Shown here: one piece after another, positions 37,755 through 49,206 of the stretch | Layout: each line of letters opens with the position of its first letter | How positions within the stretch are numbered: the first letter of the stretch is position 1 | Origin: Mobula birostris | Taxonomy: Eukaryota | Reading direction: 5' to 3' | Assembly (NCBI RefSeq): GCF_030028105.1 | Contig: NC_092370.1 | Location: 83,224,969-83,288,968, forward strand | Length of the DNA stretch: 64,000 nt | Translations under genes and position numbers: made by a program | Notes under the pieces: model-generated | What the model was told of the DNA's origin: nothing | Database searches by the model: none | Seen by the model: the letters and a program-made list of their open reading frames with translations, nothing else

Positions 37755-39169
37755 CATGACAGTGATAATATATTGTTTTAACTTAAAACAATTGGATGGG
37801 TGTCAGAGGTCTAATCGGATGTCACTGACCCGGTTTCTGAAAAATGCAACGACAGCGCCCTCCTCTGGTTTGCCCTCCCGACCGCACCATTCAAGTTTGC
37901 AACGAGACTACTTAAATTGTTGGACTGATCTCGTATTTCCTGAAATGCATTTTAAAATAAAGAGGAGATTGAAGACCATTGGAGAAATAATTTCACACAC
38001 ACGCGTGCGCACTTTAACCAGTGTGACAAAAAGTTTGGCTTGGTGGAAAAGTTCCGGGGCGGGAGAACCGTGGACAGGAAAACCATGACAGTATCTCCTG
38101 TTGTCCGGGATATCCTCCAGCCACGATCTCCAGACAGCTGGCTGGGAGTATTTAGAGCTGCCAAGAAATCCTTGTTCGTGGGCCGTGCCGGTGTTAAAAG
38201 CCGCGTGGTGGGATGAGGTATCCCGAGGTGGGAATCAAATCTTGCTCTCGCTTAAAATGTGTACATACACCACACAGATCTCGCCACCCCCCCAACACAG
38301 ACGACGTGTCCAGTCTGCATTTAAATACTCTCAGAACTTACAGCAGCACACAAATTACATATCCAGCCTGCGTTTCAACACTCCCATATTTCAGACTGTT
38401 ATCAGGCGGCATGTCTTCCCAAACCCATCGCAGAGATCCTAGTGCTAACATACACTCGCGATCTCCAGCCACGGACACCGTTTCTAGCCGCAGCGGCGAT
38501 ACTTATTCCAGCACAAAATGCTATTTCCCAGCATAGCGAGAGACAGAGATAACTAGCTGGCCAGATAGATAAAGAGAAAAACCTTTCTGGGTATAAAAGT
38601 AGATCGATACGTCGTTCCCCACTTTCCACAAACTTAGCATTCGCAGCACAGGGCAGGGAGACGGGGGCCGACAAACAACACGGCACTCCGCACACTTGAG
38701 AGGGTGCGGTAGCCTGACTGAACACAAGGGAGAGGGGAGAGGAGACAGGAGACAGGCAGAACGGGAGACGAATGAGCAAGAAGACGGAAGGGGGAAGAAA
38801 GGAAACAGAGGGAGGCAGGCTGAAAGAAAGAAGGAGAAAGGCAACAGATAGAACGCGATCGAGAGAGAGAGGGGACGTTGCAGGAGAGGAGGAGGCTGGG
38901 TGTAGAACAGCAGCTGGGAGGAAACACTGGGGGGGGGGCGGGTGGCCAGGGGAGGCGGCGGAGATAGATAGGAGGAGAGAGCGAAGGACACACAGCTGGA
39001 GGAAGGAGGGACAGACAGATTGAGAGAGGTTGAGAGAAAAAGAGCGGAGGAAGTGGAGAGAGGGGAGAAGGGGGGAGAGAGAGGGTTAAGGAGCACAGGG
39101 TCCTAGGATCTGCTGCCAAAGTTTACGCGTAGTACCGGTGCTCCGGCCGGGGACCCCTCTCCCCTGGAC

Positions 39170-39679
39170 ATGGCTCAAGCTACCCTCTTCCTGCTCCTGG
39201 CCGCCGCTCTCAGCCTGGCCGGGGCGGCGAGCGGACAGCGGAGCGGAGACGGCCAGCCATCCGCCCACCCTCTGTTGTACTTCGAGGCGCGGGACGTGCG
39301 GAGCCTACGGCAGAAGGCGCGGGGCAGCCACTCCTCCATCAGCCGCGCTGTCCGGGCAGCCGTGAAGACCATGCTGGCCAAGCCCGGCCTCTACCTGCCT
39401 CCGCCAGACCACGCCAGCTTCTCAGCCAAGTGGAACGAGGTATACGGCAACAACCTGGGAGTCCTCTCCCTCTACTGCCTGCTCTTCCCCGAGGACGCCG
39501 CCGCGCTAGAATTTGCTCTGACCTACCTGGACCGAATGGCCTCTTACCCCAGCTGGCAGGTGCGGGCGGCCCCAAACGATGAGGTGCCGGTGGCCCACTC
39601 CCTGAGCGGGTTTGCAACTGCTCTGGACTTCCTCTACTCCGTCCTGGACGAAGACAGGAGACAGAACTACATGCAGAAG
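39170..39679 (+). CDS. DSEL: Dermatan-sulfate epimerase-like protein, coding exon 1 (170 codons; signal peptide plus N-terminal epimerase domain)
   Basis: Kozak GACATGG; signal peptide MAQATLFLLLAAALSLAGAASG; HPLLYF, LPPPDHASFSAKWNEVYGNNL and DEVPVAHSLSGFATALDFLY match DSEL/DSE. Donor AAG|GTAAGT, phase 0. The symbol denotes the family; orthology is unresolved. Confidence 0.9.
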
Positions 39680-41452
39680 GTAAGTCACACTTGGGATTCT
39701 GTCTGGACAATATGGGGCTGAGTGCCCCGTCTGCATCCAAGACGGAGGTTCATGAGGCCGAGGGAGGGTAGACTGTCAGAATCACCCCCAGGGCGGAAGT
39801 ATCAAATACCAGAGGGCAAGAGGTCATGCCTTTAAGGTGAGGAGGAGGGAGGAGATTAAATCAGAATCAGATTTCTTATCACTAGGTGAAGTGCGGTGAT
39901 GTTGGTAGTAGTACAGTGCAGAGGCGCTAAACTTACTATAAATGCTAAAGATAAATGACAAGTGAAAAAAAGGAATAGCTAAATACTGTTCAGAGGGTGA
40001 TGGGCCATTCACAAATCTGATGGTGGAGGGGAAGAAGCTGTTTCTGAATTGTTAAGGGTGGGTTTTTAAACTCTGTTGGCAGTATTAAATAGAGGGCATG
40101 TCCTGGATAGAGAGTCACACAGCACGGAAACTAGCATTTGACCTAACTGGTCCATGCTGATCAAAATGCCTGCTTAAGCCAGTCCTATATGCTCATGTTT
40201 GGCTCATATCCATATAGACTTTTATTATCCAAGTACTGTACCTGGCCAAGTATTGATTAAATGTTAATGCATCTGCCACAACCATTTCCCCTGGCAGCTT
40301 CTTCCATATACAGATCACCTCCAGGTAAAAATGCTGCCCCTCACCTTCCTTCACCTTAAACTTAGGGCCCTCTGATGTGCTGGGCAAGATGGTATTGTTT
40401 ACTATTGTCACAGATAGAGTGGAAAAACTTTTGATTTGCATGTCACCTAGGATGAATCATTCTAGACATAAGAAATCAGAATGTCCTGATGTAGGATGTT
40501 GGCTGAAACATCGACTGTTTATTCATTTCCATAGATGCTGCCGGAACTGCGAACTTCCTCCAGTATTTTGTGTGTGTTGCTCTGGATTTCCAGCATCTGC
40601 AGAATCGTGCAGAAAATAGGTTGGGGTTACAGAGAAAGTGCAATACAGTGAAGATAGACAAATAAAAAGCAAGAGCCATGACTAGTTAAACGAGGAGATC
40701 AATAGCTTGTCTTGTATCATGTAAGGAGTCAGTTTATAACAGAGGATAAAAGCTGTTGTTAGGTTTGGTGATATATATTTTTGGGCTTTTGCATCTTTTA
40801 CCCAATAGCAGGGAGAAGAGAGAACGACCGGGATGGGAGTGTTCTTTGATTATGGTGGCTGCTTTCTTGAGGTGGGGGAACTGTAAACAGAATCAGTGGA
40901 GGGGAGATTGGTTTGCATGAGGCCTGACAGAGCTTTTATTAAAAAATGAGAGACAGCAATAAGGTAGACAATCAGAATCTTGTTCCCCAGTTTAGGAACA
41001 TCAAACACCACAGGACAGGCATTTAAGGTGAGAGGAGGAAAGATTAAAGTGGTACCACGGGTAGCCGGGCTGGTGAAGAAGGTGTTTGACACAATAACTT
41101 TCATCAACACATCAATAGGAAAGGCTTAGCGGGAGATGGGTCAAACGTGGGCCAGTGGGAGTAGCGTAGGCTGGCATGGACATGTTGGGCCAACATTCCA
41201 CTTTCCATGCTGTGTGACTCTGCGAGATGTGCAGGGCAGGTTTTCTGTGCATGGGTGCCTGGGATGCACAGCCGGGGCTGGTGATGGAAGAAGATATGAG
41301 AGTGTCATCTGGAAGTCTCTTAGATAGGTACATGAATATAAAGGGAATAGAGAGATATGGATCATGTGCCCAGGCAGATGGCTTTAGTTTAATTTAGCAC
41401 TAACTTTACTGCAGACATCATTGACTGAAGGAAATGTCCCTGTTCTATGTTT

Positions 41453-44400
41453 AGCAACACACACACAATGCTGGAGGAACTCAGCTGGCCAGGCAGCACC
41501 TATGGAAATGAATAAACAGTCGATGTTTCGGGCCGAGATGCTTCATCAGGACTGGAAAGAATAAGAAGCTGGCGGGAGGGGGAGGAAGACAAGCTGAAAG
41601 GTGATCAGGGGTGGAGAAGGGGGCATGAAGTCGGAAGCTGGGAGGTGACAAGTGGAAAAGGCAAAGGGCTGGAGGAGAAAGGATCTGACAGGAGAGGATA
41701 GTGGTTCATGGAAGAAAGAGAAGGGGAAGGGCATCAGAAAGAGGTGATAGACAGGTGAGGAGAAGATGTAAGAGGCCAGAGTGGGGAAATGAAGAAGGGG
41801 GAGGGGAAGAAATCAATGTTCCTGCCATCAGATTGGAGGCAACCCAGACAGTGAATGAGATGTTGCTTCTTCAACCTGGGTGAGGCTTCATCATTGCTGA
41901 AGGAGGAGGCCATGGACCGATATGTCGGATTAGGAATAGGGATAGGAATTGAAGTGGTTGTCCACCGAGAAATTCTGCTTTTTGTGGATGGAGTGAAGGT
42001 GCTCATCAAAGCAGTCCCCAGTCTACGTCAGGTCTTACCAATATAAAGGAGGCCCTATCAGGAGAACTGGATACAGTAGACAACCCCCAACAGATTCACA
42101 TGTAAAGTGTTGCCTCACCTGAGAGGACTGTTTGACCTATATGGAGGTGAGCGAGGAGGTGAATGGGCACGTATAGCACATCTGCTGCTTATAGGGAGAT
42201 TGGTGGGGAGGGATGAATGGACAAGGAAATCATGGAGAGAGTAATCTGGGCAGAAGGTAAAGATGTGTCTGGTGGTAGGGTCCCATTGCACATGGTGGAA
42301 ATTGTGGAGAATGCTGTGTTGGATGTGGAGGTTCATGGGATGGTAGATGAAGACAAGAGGAACTCTAACCCTCTTAAGGTGGAGGAAGATGTGGTGAGTG
42401 CGGATGTTTGGAAAACGGAGGAGGTGCTGGGGAAGGCAGCATCAATGGGGCTGTCCACTGTACTTGGCACTCCCAGTGCAGTCTCCTCTACATTGGTGCA
42501 ACCTGATGTAGATTGGCAGGCTGCTTTGTGGAGCACCTCAGCTCCATCTGCAAAATGTGGTATTTCCTGATGGAGAACCATTTCAATTCATATCCCCATT
42601 TCCCTTCCAACATGTCAGTTTCCTTCTGCCACAATGAGGCCACTCTCAGGAGCAACACCTCATATTCCATCTAGATGGTCTCCAACATGATGGCATTAAT
42701 ATTTATGTATTCAACTTCTGGTAACTTTTTTTTCCCTTCCTCTACCTGCTCCTTCATTTTCCCCACTCTGACTTCTTTCCTCTTCTCCTCACCTGTGTAT
42801 CACCTCCCCCTGGTGCCCCTCCTCCTTCCTTTATTCCCATGACCCCCTCTCATTTCCTAACAGATCAGTTCTTTTCCAGCCCTTTGCCTTTTCAATTTAT
42901 CACCTCCCAGCTTCTTACTCCAACAAAAGTAAGAAAAGAGAGGAGTTCCTGATGAAAGAACGTAGGGAGTTAAGTAGAAAGCTGAAAAGCACGACCTCCA
43001 GGGTAATAGTCTCTGGATTGCTTCCATGTGCCAGTGAGGGCAAGGATAGGATTTGGCGGATGAATGCATGGCTGAAGGATTGGTGCAGAAGGCAGGTCTT
43101 CAGATCATTGAGATCTCTTCTGGAGAAGGTGTGATCTTTACGAAAAGGGCAGGAACCTAAGGGGACCAATACCCTTGTGGGTATGTTTGCTAGAGTTAAT
43201 GGGGAGGGTTTAAACTAATTTGGCAGGGAGATGGGAAATGGAGCAATAGAGCTGAGGAAAGGGCAATTGTTATACAAGTAGATGCAATGAGTAGTGAGAC
43301 TGTGAGGACTGAACACTGGACTGAAGCTGTTATTTGAAAGCATGCAGTATATGGAATAAGGCAGATGATTTTGAAGCGCAACTAGAGATTGGCAGGTATA
43401 ATGTTGCAAGCATCACTGAGTCATGGTTGAAAAATCAAAGTTTGGAGCTTAACATCCAAGGATACATCTTGTATGGAAAAGACAGGCAGGTTGTCAGATT
43501 GGGGTGGGGTGACTCTGTTGGTAAAAAATGAAATCAAGTCCTTAGAAAGAGATGACATAAGATCGGAAGACGTAGAATCTTTGTGGGTAGAGTTAAGAAA
43601 CTGCAAGGATAAAGAGACCCTGTTGGGAGTTGTATACCGGCCTCCAAGTTGTAGCCAGGATATGGGATACAAATTACAACAGAAGTTAAGAGAACCCTGT
43701 CAAAAGGGCAATGTTGCAATAGTCATGGGGATTTCAATATGCAGGTAGATTGGGAGAATTAGGTTGGTGCTGGATACCAAGAGAGGGAATTTATAGAATG
43801 CCTAGAGTAGCTTGAGGTTGAGCCCACTAGGGGAAAGGCAGCTTAAGGTAAAAGAACCGTTAGGAGGCAGTGATCATTATGTGATATAATTAACCCTGCA
43901 GTTCGAGAGGGAGAAGATAAAGTCAGGAGTATCAATACTTCATGTGGAGTCAAGGGAATTACAGAGGCACAAGAGAAGAGTTGGACGAAGTTGACTGGAA
44001 GGGACACTAACAGGGGTGATGGCAGAACAACAATGGTTGCAGTTTCTGGGAGCAATTCAGAAAGCATAGGAAAGATTCATTCCAAAGATGTATTCCAATA
44101 ATGTTTTCTAAAGGGAGATTAGGCAATCGTGGCTGACAAGAGAAGTCAAAGAGAGCATAAAAGTAAAGGAGGGGCATATAATAGAATAAAAATTAGTGGG
44201 GTGTTAGAGGATTGGGAAGCTTTTCAAAACCAACAGAAAGCAACTAAAAACCATAAGGAGAGAAAAGAAATATGGAGGTAAGTGGGCCAATAATATAAAA
44301 GAGGACATCAATAGTTTTTTTCAATTATGTAAAGAGTAGAAGAGAGCTGAGAATCAATATTGGACCGGATAGGACATTGGATAGGACATTGACATTGGAT

Positions 44401-46413
44401 AGGAAGTAATGGGGGTGGGGGGTGCAAAGAAATGGCAAATGAACGTAATAAGTATTACGCATCAATTTTCACTGTGGAAGACATTAGCAGTATGCCAGAA
44501 GTTCGAGAGTGTCAGGGAGCAGAAGTGAGCTTAGTTGCTACACTATGGAGAAAGTGCTTGGGAAGCTAAAAGTTGGGTTGTTAAGTCAACTGGACCAGAT
44601 GAACTTACACCCCAGGTCCTGAAAGAGGTAGCTGAAGAGAGTGTGGAGGCATCAGTAATGATATTTCAAGGACCACAAGATCCTGGAATGGTTCTGGAGG
44701 ACCAGAAAATTGCAAATGTCACTCCACTCTTTAAGAAGGGAGGGAGGCAGAAGAAAGAAAACTATAGGCCAGTTAGCTTGACTGGTTGGGAAGATGTTGG
44801 AGTTCATAATAAGAATGAGGTTTCGGGGTACTTGGAGGCACATGATAAAATAGGCCAAAGTCAGCATGGTTTCCTTAAGAGAAATCTTTCTGGCAAATCT
44901 GTTGGAATTCTTTGAGGAAATAACAGGCAAAAGGAGAGTCAGTGGATGTTTTTTACTTGGATTTTCAGATGGCCTTTGGCAACGTCCCACACATGAGGCA
45001 GCCCAACAAGATAAGAACCAATGGTATGGAAAGGAAAACACCAGCAAGGATAGAAGATCAGCTGATTGGCAGGAGGCAAAGTGTGAGAATAAAGAGGGAC
45101 TTTTCTGGTTAGCTGCCAGTGACTAGTGGTTTTCCACTGGAGTTGATGTTGGGACTGCTTCCTTTCATGTTGTATAGTACGTTATATAGTATAGTATGTT
45201 AATGTTTTGGATGATGGAATTGATTGATTTGTGGCCAAGTAGATGATGCAAAGATAGGTGGAGGGTGGAGGGTCAAGTGGTTTTGAGGAAGCAGGAAGTC
45301 TGGAGAAGAACTTAGACAGATTGGGAGAATGGGCAAAGAAGTGGCAGATGGAATATAACATAGGGAATGCACATGCAGATGGAATATAACATAGATAATG
45401 CACATTGGTAGAAGGACTAAAGGAGTAGACTATTTTCTAAACGGAGAGAAAAGCAAAAGTCAGAGGAGCAAAGTGACTTGGATCCCTGTACAGGATTCCC
45501 TGAAGTTTAACTTACAGGTTGAGTCAGTTGTTAGGAAGGCAAATGCAATGATAGCATTCATTTCAAGAGGACTAGGATATTAAAGCAAGGATGTAATGCT
45601 GAGGCTTTATGAGGCATTGATCAGACTGCACTGAGTACTGTGAGCAGTTTTGGGCCCCTTATCTAAGAAAGATTGTGCTGGCATAGGAGGTTCATGAGTA
45701 TGATTCTGGGAATGAAAGTATTAACATATGAGGAGTGTTTGATGGCTCTGGGCCTGTGTTTGCTGGAGTTTAGAAGAATGAAGGGGGATCTCGTTGAAAC
45801 CTATCAGATATTGAAAGATTGAATAGGATGGGTGTGGGGAGGATGTTTCCTATAGTCCATGGACCCCTTGCTTAATGGCATTGGTCCATGACATAAAAAG
45901 GTTGGGAGTATAGTGGATGAGTCTAGGACCTGAACGCAAAGCCTCAGGATAGAGGGATGTTAATTTAAAACGGAAATAAGAAGGAATTGCCACAGGTGGC
46001 TGTAGAGGCTATGTCATTGAGTATGTTTAAAGTGGTGGTTGATAGGTTCTTGATTAGACAGGGCGTCAAAGGTCACTGGGAGAATGCAGGAGAATGGGAT
46101 TGAGAGGGATAATGAATCAACCATGATGGAATGGTGGAACAGAACTCAATGGGCCGAGTGGCCTAATTGGGCTCCTATGTTTTATGCCCCCCACCCACCT
46201 GGCTTCACCTATCACCTTCAAGCTTGTCCTCCTGCCCTCCCCGCCCCCACCGTTTTCCCCTTTCTTTTCCAGTCCTGAGGAAGTGTCTCAGCTTGAAACA
46301 TTGACAGTTTATTCATTTCCATAAATACAACCCGACCTGCTGAGTTCGTCTAGCATTTTGTGTTTGTTGTTCTAAATTTCCAGCATTTGGAGTGTCTCGT
46401 GTGTTTATGATTG
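41453..46413. mobile_element. Large fold-back PLE insertion: minus arm 41453-~42450, plus arm ~42450-42918 and 46186-~46405, split by a CR1
   Basis: Both arms carry the GIY-YIG remnant, 3' UTR and hammerhead-like motif (41516-41553 minus; 46270-46307 plus). 13/14 TSD CCTGTTC(T/C)ATGTTT at 41439-41452 and 46414-46427. Confidence 0.75.
42920..46185 (+). mobile_element. Near-full-length decayed CR1 LINE (ORF1 esterase tail, APE endonuclease, RT, 3' tail)
   Basis: SRVIVSGLLP..MNAWLKDWCRR (ORF1 SGNH-like), ITESWL, ESLWVEL, GVVYRPP, NYRPVSLT and SQHGF; 3' tail GGCCGAGTGGCCTAATTGGGCTCCTATG. Confidence 0.9.
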
Positions 46414-46438
46414 CCTGTTCCATGTTTGTTTTTTTAAG

Positions 46439-46887
46439 GTCAACAACGTCACTATGGAGCTCTATGAGTTCTCCAAGTACCGGGCATGGGGCAAGCACTT
46501 CCTCCACAACCATCAGGCCACCAATGTTCTAGCCCTGCTGACCGGAGCCTTGGTGCTCACCCCCCACCAGATGCAGGCAGCCTTGCTCTGCAAGCAGTTC
46601 GCTATTGACATCATGGAGAAGACTCTCTTCCTCCTGAGCCACGTGGTAGATGGGTCGCTGGACGAAGGGGTGGCTTACGGCAGCTACACTTCCAAGTCCA
46701 TCACACAGTACATCTTCTTGGCCCTGCGGCACTTCAACCTGAACCACACTGGCAACCCCTGGCTGAAGCAACACTTCTGGTTTTACTATGCCACGTTGCT
46801 GCCCGGCTTCCAGCGGAGTGTTGGCATCGCCGACTCTAACTACAACTGGTTCTATGGGCCAGAGAGCCAGCTTGTTTTCCTGGACAG
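46439..46887 (+). CDS. DSEL: Dermatan-sulfate epimerase-like protein, coding exon 2 (catalytic His/Tyr region)
   Basis: Acceptor TTTGTTTTTTTAAG|GTC is in frame with exon 1 (..QK|[13 protein letters not shown]). Motifs [36 protein letters not shown] and [21 protein letters not shown]. Probable donor CAG|GTTTGT, phase 2 (alternatives at 46892 and 46901). Confidence 0.9.
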
Positions 46888-48509
46888 GTTTGTGACCTTT
46901 GTAATCACTTCTTAAAGGCGAGTCTTAAGTCAGGAGCGTGGGTGTGATGGGGTAACAGGTGCAGTAGACATTGTGATCCAACCGTCGTGTTCTGTAACAC
47001 TGCAGCGGCATGATGGGCAAGTGGGTTCAGCAGCAATTCTTGTGACTTCATGCCGTGCGGGGATTGGGAAGGGGAAGATGATATTGGGAAATAATGGATT
47101 TGGCAAGATCAGCTGGATGGATGCACGGGGGGACTACTGATGCTGAATCGCAGAACAACATACAAAGCGCTGGAGAAGTTCAGCAAGTTGGGAAGTGTCT
47201 GGAGGGAAACAAAAATTCGACATTTCAGGCTGAGACTCTTGATTGGATAATTTGGTCACTATCACATGTATTTAGCTGAGGAGTCTCAGCCTGAAACATT
47301 GACTGTCCATTTCCCTCCACAGATGCTGCTTTATCTGCTGTCCCTCCAGTGCTTGGTATGTTGCTTACATGAATGGGTGTTTGGGCAGTGGAATGTTATT
47401 GATGTCCAGCTTCACTGTGGCTGAACAAAAGGATAGAGCTGGGAAAACAACAGAATAAAATTGGACACTAATTAAGATATTCACCTTGCCATCTTTCCCT
47501 TCTTAGAGTCATATAGTCATAAATGACTACAGCACAAAAACTGACCCTTTGAACCATCTAGTTCATGCCAACCTGATCTTCTGCCTAGTCCTATCTACCT
47601 GTACGCGGACCATAACCCTCCATTCCCTTCTAATCCATGTACCTAGCCAAACTTCTCTAAATGTTGCAAGTGAACTTGCGTCAGCTGGCTGCTCATTCCA
47701 CACGCATTCTTCACATGGAGTGAAGAAGATCCTACCCAGATTCCTCATAAATGGTTCACCTTTGTCCTATACCTATGGACTATGAACTATAGTTCTAGTC
47801 TCATCCAACCAGAGGGGAAATTTGTTGTCATTTTCCCCACAATGGAATTATACATCATTGGAGAGACCCAAATTGGTGTTTTGTGTCATTTTCCACTCGA
47901 TTGGACTGTACAGGTAGGAAAAGTTTAGAGGAAAGTGGGACAATAATGAACAAATGGGACTAGCTCAGGTAGACATCTTGGTTGGCATGGATGAGTTGGG
48001 CCAGAGGGACGGTTTCCATGTTGTATAAACCTATGACTTCATTAACTCACTTCTTAATCTTATTACCTGTATTGGGTCCTCTCAGAGCCTCCTTAGTTCC
48101 AAGACTCAGGGCAGTGCAGTGATACGACAGTTATCACTGTTGTCTCTCAACTACTACAGACTTCCAGGTGTTTTGGTTAGGTGGTGCTTAAGTGGAATCT
48201 TGTGCATTCTCCCTGTGAGTGCATGGGTTTGCTCTGGTTGGTGCACTTTCTCCTCACTTCCCACTGGGGGGGGGGGGGGGGGTGTGGCTAACTGGCCACT
48301 GTAATTGCCCCTCAGCGTAGGATAGATGGCAAAGGAATCAAAAAGACCACGTCAGTTTGCCACATGAAAGAGATGACATTACAGAGCTTCAGCTCAGTAA
48401 GTTGATGGGTAGTGGGGCTGATCTTTTTATCCTTCTGTGACATCATATTCTGGATGGTCTGACTTGCATATATTGTAATAATCGAGTAACTACAATCAGC
48501 TTCTCTGGT

Positions 48510-49203
48510 CAGAATCAGAATCACGTTTATTATCATTAACATATGAAATGTATTGTTTTCAGCAGCAATACAGTGTAATACATAAAAAATACTGCAAGTT
48601 ACAAAAATAAATATATTTAAAAATAAATAAGCTCTGCAAAAATAGAACAAAAATTGAGGTAGTGTCCATGGGTTCATGGCTTGTTCAGAAATACGATGGC
48701 AGAGGGGAAAAAGCTGTTCCTAAAATGTTGAGTGTGTGTCTTCAGTCTCCTGTACTTCCTTCCTGCTGATAGTAAGGAGAAGAGGGCATGTCCTGGGTGG
48801 TGAGGGTACTTAATAATGGATGCCACCTTTTTGAGATAACGCCTATTAAAGATGTTCTTGGTGGTGGGGAGACTAATGCACATGATGAATTTGGCTGAGT
48901 TTATGACCCTCTGCAGCTTTTTCTGATCCTCTGCACTGCCACATCCATACTAGTCAGAATACTCTCCATGGTACATCTAAAGAAATTCTGTAGAGTCTCT
49001 GGTAACATACCAATTCTCCTCAAACTCTTAGTGAAAAATAGCCACTGGTGTGCTTTTTTCATAATTGCATCAATATATTTGGCCCATAGTAAATCTTTAG
49101 ATTTGTTGAATCCCAAGAACTTGAAGCTGCTCACCCTTTCCATTGCTTATCCCTCAATGAGGACAGGTATGTATTCTCTCTACTTTCCCTTCCTGAAGTC
49201 CTT
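48510..49203 (-). mobile_element. Rex1/Babar-type LINE 3' fragment
   Basis: Minus-strand ERVSSFKFLG..KKAHQWLFF..ESILT and ASIIKYPHHPGH; (CAGAAT)n tail at the left end. Confidence 0.8.
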
Positions 49204-49206
49204 AAT

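Larger units (their letters stand above)
37530..39720. promoter_or_regulatory. CpG-island-like promoter/first-exon region of the DSEL-like gene
   Basis: CpG density is visibly higher than in the flanks, with GC-box-like GGGGCGGG (38056-38063) and GGGGCGGGTGG (~38935). A long purine-rich tract (38720-39090) precedes the ATG. Confidence 0.65.

Noticed and set aside
38402-39119. Long minus-strand ORFs (125-191 aa) suggesting a divergent gene
   Set aside because: Low-complexity Leu/Ser/Pro translations of the purine tract, with no recognisable domain.
39680-39721. ORF-track C-terminus VSHTWDSVWTIWG*, suggesting a truncated protein or pseudogene
   Set aside because: This is read-through past a consensus AAG|GTAAGT donor; homology resumes in frame at 46439.
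46270-46307. Sense-strand hammerhead 130 nt upstream of exon 2 acting as a pre-mRNA cleaving switch
   Set aside because: The core is intact, but stems I and II carry mismatches and stem III needs a dimer partner; probably inactive.
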